Below are positions 14,290 to 21,780 of a stretch of 55,270 nucleotides of DNA, piece by piece (the stretch's first letter is position 1; each line of letters opens with the position of its first letter). This DNA is from a virus (Duplodnaviria; Caudoviricetes): the IMG/VR virus record IMGVR_UViG_3300032156_000013, positions 1-55,270 of that record. The stretch is one strand, 5' to 3'. Made by a program: the position numbers and the translations under genes. Under the pieces are notes generated by a model. It saw only the letters and a list, made by a program, of their open reading frames with translations. It ran no database searches and had not been told where the DNA came from.

Positions 14290-16626
14290 TTAATCCGCCT
14301 GTGTTATAGTCATATCCTCCACATAAACACTTTCATCAGCAGTTCTTGCTACCCACCAAGCCCACGCTTCAATTTCCACTACTCCTGCTTGTGTCGGTGT
14401 AAAAGTTATAGTTAATTCATGCCAATCAGTATCTACTACTCCCGTATTAGTCTTAATATCTGCTACGGTCATACCCGTTAATTGCCCGCCAGGGCATACC
14501 AAAGCCCCTAATATATCAGTGGTGCTGGTAATCTTCATATACGCTTTTACAGTAACTAATTTACTTGCAACTACTGCTATTTTTGCAATAGATAATTTGA
14601 GAGGATAATAACTACTTCTAGTACTAGAGGTAACTGCCAACTTCCACATTATCCCCGTTCCACCCACTCTATCCGTTGCTACCGAACTAATTAATCCACC
14701 GTCAGTATATATAAAGTTTTTGGTAGTATCTTGGTCATGATTATTGGAATAAACTCGAAGATTTGAATATGCAGCTGGTGTAAAACTAATCTCTGTTCCT
14801 TCAGCAATTAAAGCATTATTCAGATAATTTGGTGCTGCATCTTCGTAATAAAAAACCCCGCTTGTCGTATTTCCACTGGTTGATAATGACCTTATAGTAT
14901 TATTAATGCTGGTAGCATAATAAACTCCATAAGTATTATTATTCGCATTAGTTATTGTAGTTATGGTATTGTTATTGCTGGTACTGAAATTAATTCCATT
15001 ATCAGTATTATTATTCGCATTAGTTATTGTAGTTATGGTATTGTTATTGCTGGTACTGAAATCAACTCCATTATCAGTATTATTATTCGCATTGATTATG
15101 GTAGTTATAGTATTATTATGACTGTTATTGTAAATATAAATGCCATCATAATTATTATTATTCGCATTGGTTATGGTAGTTATAGTATTGTTGTTGCTGG
15201 AGTAGAGATAAACTCCATAATTATTATTATTCGCATTAGTTATTGTAGTTATAGTATTATTATTGCTGCTGTTGTAAATATGAATGCCGTAATTATATCT
15301 ACAAACATTCAAACAGTTTAAGGTAATATAACTTTTTCCGTTTAAATATATTCCACTTCCATTCCCACTTAATCCATCAAAAAAAGTCTCTCCTGTTTGA
15401 TTTCCAGAAGTAATATCATAACCCCCTTGAAATTGGATATTGCCTACCGCTAAACTCCCACTATCCATTACTTGTTGAACTACCGTTCCCGAAGCCGAAA
15501 CTAAATCAGTTTTAATCGTTTCTCTTTTATAAGTGGTTACTGTTTCAGGAGTAGTTCCCGAAGTTGAATAACCTTCCCCCGCATTGCCTTTACAATTTGT
15601 ATCATTATCCAGTAAAACCGTTACTCCATTTATGCTTTGTATTCCATACCAACCTTCTGTTCCACCCTGCTCTAAGGTATTTTTAGAAATTAGACTTTGT
15701 AAATTAAGTCCATTTGTAGTACAGGCGATGAAGTCATCTACATAAATATATTTAGATGCCATTCCAGTGGTTGTTCCGCCAGACCAAACCGCGATAGACT
15801 TAATTGACGCTCCAAGATTCCCACCACCTACCTTAGTAAGGGTTAAGGGTATCCATCTTGCCGTTGAAGGAATTGCAGGGACGAGAAAACTGTCCACTAC
15901 CGTCGCACCAGCCGTATCAGAACATAGATTTACTATCCAATTATCGGCTACAATTGCACCTGAATTATTTATCCAGAAAGATATTTTTTGATAAGATGAT
16001 AAGTTTAATTCCCCTGTTGCATAATAGGCTTGCAGAATACTTGCTTGAACAGCGGCATCAAGGGCAAGTTTCATACAATAAGAACCTTCCTTACCATCAG
16101 TTGCTACCGCAGTTCTGGTTACTGTACAATCACCTACTCCAGTCCAAGCAGTTTCACACAAATCTATCACTAGTGTTCCAGCAGTAGCCAATGTAACTGT
16201 TTTAGATAAACTCGTCCAAGTTCCATTTCCAATAGAGGTAGGTGCAGGACTTTTAGCAATTTTAATAATATCACCAGGGGCAATTCTGGCTGCGGTTGCT
16301 CCTAAAGTAAGAGTTTTCCAAGCATCAACCCAAGACTGACCACCAAACGGCACAGCATTTCCTGTAACATCAGCTCCTGTAAACAATACCCAAGAAGCAC
16401 CATCTAATGTAAAATCATCTACACCAACATAAGTTACCGTCCATACTTTATTTGCATACGCTTGGGTACAACCAGAAACAGTAATTACAGACCCTGTTAT
16501 AAGACCATGTGCATCATAATGACCATTAACATCATCAGCACCACTTTTTGAAAACACTACTCCAGTTAAAGTAGCTCTTACTGCGTCGCTACCTAATACA
16601 TAATCTAAATAAAAAATATTTGGCAT
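14290..16626 (-). CDS. Receptor-binding protein / tailspike with right-handed beta-helix repeats
   Basis: FYLD...GSD...G.SW.DAWKT...PGD.I N-terminus, CBM-like central domain, repeats of SNNNTITTITNANNNxxG and a C-terminal CBM-like domain. Confidence 0.75.
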   Translation of the reverse strand: MPNIFYLDYVLGSDAVRATLTGVVFSKSGADDVNGHYDAHGLITGSVITVSGCTQAYANKVWTVTYVGVDDFTLDGASWVLFTGADVTGNAVPFGGQSWVDAWKTLTLGATAARIAPGDIIKIAKSPAPTSIGNGTWTSLSKTVTLATAGTLVIDLCETAWTGVGDCTVTRTAVATDGKEGSYCMKLALDAAVQASILQAYYATGELNLSSYQKISFWINNSGAIVADNWIVNLCSDTAGATVVDSFLVPAIPSTARWIPLTLTKVGGGNLGASIKSIAVWSGGTTTGMASKYIYVDDFIACTTNGLNLQSLISKNTLEQGGTEGWYGIQSINGVTVLLDNDTNCKGNAGEGYSTSGTTPETVTTYKRETIKTDLVSASGTVVQQVMDSGSLAVGNIQFQGGYDITSGNQTGETFFDGLSGNGSGIYLNGKSYITLNCLNVCRYNYGIHIYNSSNNNTITTITNANNNNYGVYLYSSNNNTITTITNANNNNYDGIYIYNNSHNNTITTIINANNNTDNGVDFSTSNNNTITTITNANNNTDNGINFSTSNNNTITTITNANNNTYGVYYATSINNTIRSLSTSGNTTSGVFYYEDAAPNYLNNALIAEGTEISFTPAAYSNLRVYSNNHDQDTTKNFIYTDGGLISSVATDRVGGTGIMWKLAVTSSTRSSYYPLKLSIAKIAVVASKLVTVKAYMKITSTTDILGALVCPGGQLTGMTVADIKTNTGVVDTDWHELTITFTPTQAGVVEIEAWAWWVARTADESVYVEDMTITQAD
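14890..15290. repeat. Coding tandem repeats of 69-72 bp (5-6 copies)
   Basis: Recurrent ATTATTATTCGCATTAGTTATTGTAGTTAT units encoding beta-helix rungs; boundaries approximate. Confidence 0.85.
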
Positions 16627-16638
16627 AGTTTCTCCTTG

Positions 16639-16674
16639 TCAGAAGCAGAAGATTTTCTAATCCCCTGCTCCTGA
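16639..16674 (-). other. Intergenic RNA hairpin without a U-tract
   Basis: TCAGGAGCAGGGGATT-AGAA-AATCTTCTGCTTCTGA: 16 bp, fully paired on the minus strand including 3 G-U pairs; abuts the SD of the RBP gene. Confidence 0.7.
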
Positions 16675-16694
16675 TTTGTTTTTAATTATTCTTT

Positions 16695-17705
16695 TTATGC
16701 CGCATCAACCTTAATCTGCAAATCTTCATCGGGATATCTCAATTTATCTCCATCTCCAATAGTAAGCGGAGTATCCAATTCACCATAGAATATAATATGG
16801 TCTACTGTTACTTCATCATTTTCATCAGAAATGAATGAATGAGTAATTTTTCCCCACGGACCCGAAGCTACTGGTGAATCTAAAACTCCATCATTGGTAG
16901 CAATTTTTAAAGCAGCCGCGTGCCAAGATTCAGCTGTTGGTCTGCTATAATTATTCCCAACTGGTTCTGCAATTCCCGAAGCATCATCGGTGGGATCTGC
17001 TGTTGATAAACCCAAATAAAGATTAGTCGGGACATCTAAAGCAGTATTTTTAAAGATATGGTCTAATATCTTAGCAGCCCAAGTATTACAAACTCCCTTT
17101 GTAGCTACGAATTCTACTTCTACCATCTCCGCTTCAATGTATAGATTCATTCCTAGGGTAACGTTCATAGCTATTTTTATTCTATTACAACTTGCAGTCA
17201 AGACGCCAGTTATAGTGATAGTGGTTGTATCATTATCAGCTATCGGAAACCAAGCTCCACCATTATAAGCTCCTTCTACATAAGCCCAAACATACTTACC
17301 GATTTCTGCATCGATAGTCCAAGTTCCAGCAGTTCTAGTAAATATCGTATCTGATGTTCTTGTTCCTGTAATTGGAGGAGCAAGATCAAATTTTCCAATT
17401 ACATTACCTAGTCCTGTATCAGCATCGTGAATCCCCACAAAATCTATGTAACTCCAATCATTTCCAGCTTCAGGAAAATCTGATTGAGCAGTATTGATTA
17501 TATTTCTGGTAGCTGAAATAGCTGCATTCCAATCGTCGCATAACACCCGGTCATAGGTTACTCCCGGACATTCCACACCACCATCTTCTGGATCTCCTTT
17601 GTAAAGACTAAAATATAGATGGGTTGGTTGAGAATAAGGTGTCGTCTTTAAAACGTGATCAAGTATCTTGTTCACAACGTAATTTGATAAAACTGGCATT
17701 CCCAT
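16695..17705 (-). CDS. Tail-fibre-associated structural protein with a duplicated domain
   Basis: Two copies of the pattern SNY..NKILDH....LY..L...DP.D....E..G..Y.R...W.AA, separated by a short beta insert. Confidence 0.75.
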   Translation of the reverse strand: MGMPVLSNYVVNKILDHVLKTTPYSQPTHLYFSLYKGDPEDGGVECPGVTYDRVLCDDWNAAISATRNIINTAQSDFPEAGNDWSYIDFVGIHDADTGLGNVIGKFDLAPPITGTRTSDTIFTRTAGTWTIDAEIGKYVWAYVEGAYNGGAWFPIADNDTTTITITGVLTASCNRIKIAMNVTLGMNLYIEAEMVEVEFVATKGVCNTWAAKILDHIFKNTALDVPTNLYLGLSTADPTDDASGIAEPVGNNYSRPTAESWHAAALKIATNDGVLDSPVASGPWGKITHSFISDENDEVTVDHIIFYGELDTPLTIGDGDKLRYPDEDLQIKVDAA

Positions 17706-17725
17706 AAAATCACTTCCTTTCTTTT

Positions 17726-18529
17726 TTAAAAGCTAAATTCTATTCCAGCTTTTAAATAATATTTATTCAAATCGAACTCAAAATCCTTTACACCGAATAG
17801 ATTTAATCCCGCTCCGACTACAATGTTATCAGATATATTATAACATAAGTCTATTCCTGCTTTTAGATTATCAAAGTTATATCCTGTAACATTAAAACTG
17901 AACTTTTTCCAATCCCATATTTCATAACTAAAGCCAGGATAAAAGTCTTTATCGGTATAATCATATATCAAATTGAAACTCAAATTGTAATCTTTTTTAA
18001 TGACCTCAATCTTTTGGCCTGCTTGCAAATCACCAATTACTTCTTCTACATTTCTGTGTCGAGTAATAGTAATCCCACTCTCCAAAGAAACTAAATTACC
18101 TTCTGTATCTTCGTAAATTACTATCTTATCTGTCCCTGTATTAATCAGTATTTTATCAGGACTGGCTTGAAATTCATTTATTCTCTCTTCAAATTCTGCT
18201 CTGGCCACTTCTATCTTCTCGGCATTTACTTCTGGTTCTTTCTTTAATTCAATTAATTCCTCTTTCTTTGATTCATAAGTAGGTGCTTCTTCTTTTACCG
18301 TTATCTTTTCCTTTAAAGTCTCTCCTACTACCTTTTTCTGTATTTCCGCTAATTCATTGGTTAAAGTAATTATCGTTCCCTGATTCGCTTTTAATGTTTC
18401 TAATAGTTTTACTTCTTCAATTTTTTGATTGTTTCGCCACCTATCATATATTAAACAACCTTGCCAGACTGCAAAAATAAATATCCCGAGAAATATTACA
18501 ACAGCAATTATCTTCAAAATATTTTTCAT
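17726..18529 (-). CDS. Membrane-anchored coiled-coil protein with C-terminal beta-barrel strands (candidate spanin)
   Basis: N-terminal hydrophobic segment, charged coiled coil, about 6 amphipathic strands ending YYLKAGIEFSF. Confidence 0.6.
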   Translation of the reverse strand: MKNILKIIAVVIFLGIFIFAVWQGCLIYDRWRNNQKIEEVKLLETLKANQGTIITLTNELAEIQKKVVGETLKEKITVKEEAPTYESKKEELIELKKEPEVNAEKIEVARAEFEERINEFQASPDKILINTGTDKIVIYEDTEGNLVSLESGITITRHRNVEEVIGDLQAGQKIEVIKKDYNLSFNLIYDYTDKDFYPGFSYEIWDWKKFSFNVTGYNFDNLKAGIDLCYNISDNIVVGAGLNLFGVKDFEFDLNKYYLKAGIEFSF

Positions 18530-18533
18530 AACA

Positions 18534-18716
18534 TCACTTCTCCTTCTTGAATATACTTATAATCTTCTTGCCTATCCAGAGAATTGCTTTTCCCATCCCT
18601 TTTATTGCCGCTATGCTCCACTTATACCAATCTTTGAAAAAGTCCTTAACATGAAAAACTGCATATACTACAGCCATAGTCAACAATACTCTAAAGACTA
18701 TTTCCAGATAAGTCAT
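18534..18716 (-). CDS. Small membrane protein (holin/antiholin-like)
   Basis: One TM helix plus an amphipathic basic C-terminus, within the lysis cluster. Confidence 0.55.
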   Translation of the reverse strand: MTYLEIVFRVLLTMAVVYAVFHVKDFFKDWYKWSIAAIKGMGKAILWIGKKIISIFKKEK

Positions 18717-18734
18717 TTATACCATCTCCTTTCA

Positions 18735-19253
18735 TTAAAATGTTCCGATAAGCTGAAACCTTCTTTTCAATACATTCCCTTTCCAATCTCTTATCTCTTG
18801 ATATTTTAACCCTAAAGGATAAAATTTTTTGCCTATCTCCTCGAAATCTTTAAAACCATACTCCATAGTATTATTGGAGAAGATATCATATTTATCATTA
18901 TTGAGAAAAGCAGTGACGGCATGCCCCATATACTTTTTCTTACCATTCCAAATACAATAACCAAAAGTCATTATAAATCTGGCATCTTCTCTCTTCTGAA
19001 TCCTACCTAAAATGTCAATAGCAAGAATTGCAGCATCCTCACAATCACCATACATATATTCTGCTGACTGGTCAGGCATTTTCCAATTATCCCAAAGGAT
19101 CGTCCATAATAAAATAGTTATCGTATCCCATTTATATTTGAAATCACTCATAAATGAATGTAGTTTAGCGATTGTATCTATCTCTTTAACTTTTGATAAA
19201 TATTCTGCATCTGGTTTCCAGTTATGCCAACGAGACCCTATACCAAAAAACAT
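18735..19253 (-). CDS. Transglutaminase-like cysteine peptidase (BTLCP-like)
   Basis: Y.WD...D.W..P....GDCEDAA...GHAV; catalytic Cys and His are visible. Confidence 0.75.
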   Translation of the reverse strand: MFFGIGSRWHNWKPDAEYLSKVKEIDTIAKLHSFMSDFKYKWDTITILLWTILWDNWKMPDQSAEYMYGDCEDAAILAIDILGRIQKREDARFIMTFGYCIWNGKKKYMGHAVTAFLNNDKYDIFSNNTMEYGFKDFEEIGKKFYPLGLKYQEIRDWKGNVLKRRFQLIGTF

Positions 19254-19346
19254 ATTATCCTTCCTTTCTCATAAGCCTCCGTTTAGGTTTTTATCAAGCA
19301 AGGCATGGTATTCGATAAAACCTGATTAAACCTTGCGGAGCCTATT

Positions 19347-19790
19347 TTATTTATTAAAATCTATTTTCCAACTCAAAGTGACTCCATTGGTATATCTTAC
19401 CCAAACATTTCTTATATTACCTGCTGTACAGTTAACACAATTGGTTATTCCTATATCACTTTCCCATTTACATACTGCACAACTGGAATGCCAACTTACC
19501 TTTGAAGCAAGCAATAGAGTTTCTTTTCCTTCTGCATTAAATCCCTTTACTAAAAAGCATACTTTATTTTCTATTGCTTTTATTGTACTTTCTGATTTTA
19601 CTTCTGTATCCCCACAAGTATGACAATATACTTTCAATTGTTTTAGTTCTACATCAGATACAAGGGGCTCTGTTTCTTCTTCTTTTTCCTTCTCCTTCTT
19701 CACCCTCAAACTGTAGAGGGAAATCAATATCGCTAAAATAACAATAATCCAAACTACCATACCACTATTCATAATATCATCTCCTTTCAT
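19347..19790 (-). CDS. N-terminally anchored Cys-rich Ig-like membrane protein
   Basis: TM helix, charged linker, beta domain with F.VKGF...W and seven Cys. Confidence 0.6.
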   Translation of the reverse strand: MKGDDIMNSGMVVWIIVILAILISLYSLRVKKEKEKEEETEPLVSDVELKQLKVYCHTCGDTEVKSESTIKAIENKVCFLVKGFNAEGKETLLLASKVSWHSSCAVCKWESDIGITNCVNCTAGNIRNVWVRYTNGVTLSWKIDFNK

Positions 19791-19804
19791 TTATAATTTT
19801 TTAT

Positions 19805-20245
19805 TCATCTCGGGGCCCCGAGCTTAACTTTGATCCAAGTTGCATCTGTCAATCCTAAATAATGAGCCGAGATAAAGATAAGCTTTTCGTTTCCTTTAAT
19901 CTCTGGAGTTATAAAATTAATATAATCTTTATGTTTAATCAATTCTCCATTACCTTTGGTAAATTTCCAGACTATCTCCTCAAAATTTATTTCCACTTCC
20001 CTCATACCAATTTCATCAGTATACCCTTTTGCTATAAATCTTAAAATATTTTTTTGTTTGCATTCTAGCGGACGATCTTTCGGATAATCAGGAAAAATAT
20101 GAAAAACCCTTATCTCTGCTTTCAATGGCTCAACTGGTTTAGATTTATCTTTCTTCATATATATTGAATACAATATATACAACATTGCTAATATCCATAT
20201 AATCAGGATCATAATAAAAAATGTATTGCTATTCACTTTTCTCAC
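19805..20245 (-). CDS. N-terminally anchored Ig-like membrane protein, likely paralog of 19347..19790
   Basis: TM helix, EPL linker, F.AKGY...VW...W beta domain. Confidence 0.6.
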   Translation of the reverse strand: MRKVNSNTFFIMILIIWILAMLYILYSIYMKKDKSKPVEPLKAEIRVFHIFPDYPKDRPLECKQKNILRFIAKGYTDEIGMREVEINFEEIVWKFTKGNGELIKHKDYINFITPEIKGNEKLIFISAHYLGLTDATWIKVKLGAPR

Positions 20246-20736
20246 CTCACTTTCTTTAGAAATTCATCTAAATCATTAATATTTTTAGAATAGATTATAG
20301 GAGTTCCATACTTTTTAACATACCAGAATTTAGAAGGTTTTGGAGTTACTACATCTACGTGAATATGATTCGGATAAATCCCGATTCTCTTGAATCCAAT
20401 TTCTATACATAATTTTGCTAAATCTATTAAATCCATACCTGCAACTCTTATATCCTCTGCTTCCCCATATATATGAGGAGAATCAGGTACCCCACCTGCA
20501 ATTTTATTATAAACAGGGCATCTCAATCCGCTCAAATAAATAACAGTCATTCCTCTTTCTGCTACCTTCATCTCTAATTGCTCTAATAATTCTAAAAACA
20601 AACCATCAATATTATAAGGCTTGTCTACACAATTTTTACAGGGACATTTCATCTTATCCTTTATTGTCATTATCCTCTTGTTCCTCTCCTTCAATTTCTT
20701 CTCTCTCTGAAATACCATTTTTAATATTCTGTTCAT
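20242..20736 (-). CDS. Endolysin, peptidase M15A family
   Basis: CPC...SGLRC..YN...GG...SPH..G.A.DI...IGIYPNHIHVDV (Zn ligands H, D, H). The true start may be internal (MTIKDK or MKCPC). Confidence 0.88.
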   Translation of the reverse strand: MNRILKMVFQREKKLKERNKRIMTIKDKMKCPCKNCVDKPYNIDGLFLELLEQLEMKVAERGMTVIYLSGLRCPVYNKIAGGVPDSPHIYGEAEDIRVAGMDLIDLAKLCIEIGFKRIGIYPNHIHVDVVTPKPSKFWYVKKYGTPIIYSKNINDLDEFLKKVR

Positions 20737-21037
20737 CTATTTTACCTCTTATATTAAAGTAATAAGCCAAAATTGTGCCCCATGCTCCAAATTCAATTCC
20801 GAATATCCCCAGCCAATTAGTAGATATTTCTCTACCAAATATTAATAAAAAAATAACAAGTGTAACTTGAATAAGAATCAGTATAGTGTAAATAATTACA
20901 ATCGTTCTTCTTAAAGTCAGATTATTCCAAGTATCCATGATTCTATCGAGTGATTTAATTAGCTTTATTGCTCGTCTTTCTATTCCCATAGACTCCCTTC
21001 CCAATATAAATGAATATACCAAGAATAAAAGTTGCAA
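20654..21037 (-). CDS. Holin-like protein (2 TM)
   Basis: Two hydrophobic helices, ILAYYF motif and charged C-terminus, directly upstream of the endolysin; real start probably MGIERR. Confidence 0.65.
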   Translation of the reverse strand: MQLLFLVYSFILGRESMGIERRAIKLIKSLDRIMDTWNNLTLRRTIVIIYTILILIQVTLVIFLLIFGREISTNWLGIFGIEFGAWGTILAYYFNIRGKIDEQNIKNGISEREEIEGEEQEDNDNKG

Positions 21038-21317
21038 AGAGCCCTAGCAACCAATACCAAGTACTTGATAAATCTTTCATTCTCTCCAATATAGAAAATA
21101 TGCTCTGTTCAGTTACAGTCACTCTGTTCTCCAAAGTATAAACCTTATCCGTAGTTAAACTAGAATTCTTTTCAATTCTTGTTACAGTATCATTGATATA
21201 ATTTACTTTTTCAGTTAGTTGAATAAGCAACTCTCTATCAGTCAATTCAGATCTTTGACTGTAACCTATTCTACTAAACATCAATATTGCCAAAACTATT
21301 AAAATAATTTTTTTCAT
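20955..21317 (-). CDS. XhlA-like coiled-coil membrane protein with signal peptide
   Basis: MKKIILIVLAILMFSRIGYS signal-like N-terminus, heptad region, C-terminal TM helix. Confidence 0.6.
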   Translation of the reverse strand: MKKIILIVLAILMFSRIGYSQRSELTDRELLIQLTEKVNYINDTVTRIEKNSSLTTDKVYTLENRVTVTEQSIFSILERMKDLSSTWYWLLGLFATFILGIFIYIGKGVYGNRKTSNKAN

Positions 21318-21341
21318 GTCTATCGCCCCTTTCTATGATAA

Positions 21342-21776
21342 TTAATCTCCAATAGCTAATTCTCCTGTAATTTCAGTAATTAAACTAATTGTCATTCCAG
21401 CTTCAAGAATAAAAATATCTTCTCCAATTGTTATTAATCTCCAAATTGCTGCTCCCACCCCAGCATCAATAAGAATGTAAGCTTTCCCCACTAAAGAATA
21501 TATCCAGATACTCCCTTTTAAATATCCTTGTGTTTCATCATCATTTACCCCTGGGTATGTGGTTGCAGAAAAATTACATTTCGATACATTCGACAATGTT
21601 CCACCGGTTGGACCGCTTTTCGGATACGTACCATCTCCTAATTTACTATGCCCGAGTAAATTTGCTAAGTCTTCTACTATTTGCCTCAGTTCATTTATTA
21701 AATTATGTTCGTCAGAATTATCATTAGCATTTACTCGTCCACCTCCAGCTGATTCTTGAAAATATTTATATGGCAT
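21342..21776 (-). CDS. Tail tip / fibre adaptor protein
   Basis: AT.YPGVNDD...GY..GSIW...AYILID...GAAIW fibre motif; the C-terminus resembles one repeat of 11876..13723. Confidence 0.6.
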   Translation of the reverse strand: MPYKYFQESAGGGRVNANDNSDEHNLINELRQIVEDLANLLGHSKLGDGTYPKSGPTGGTLSNVSKCNFSATTYPGVNDDETQGYLKGSIWIYSLVGKAYILIDAGVGAAIWRLITIGEDIFILEAGMTISLITEITGELAIGD

Positions 21777-21780
21777 AATC

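Noticed and set aside
14890-15290. Diversity-generating retroelement template/variable repeat (AAT-rich repeats)
   Set aside because: The repeats are tandem and coding, differences are not confined to adenines, and no reverse transcriptase is in the window.
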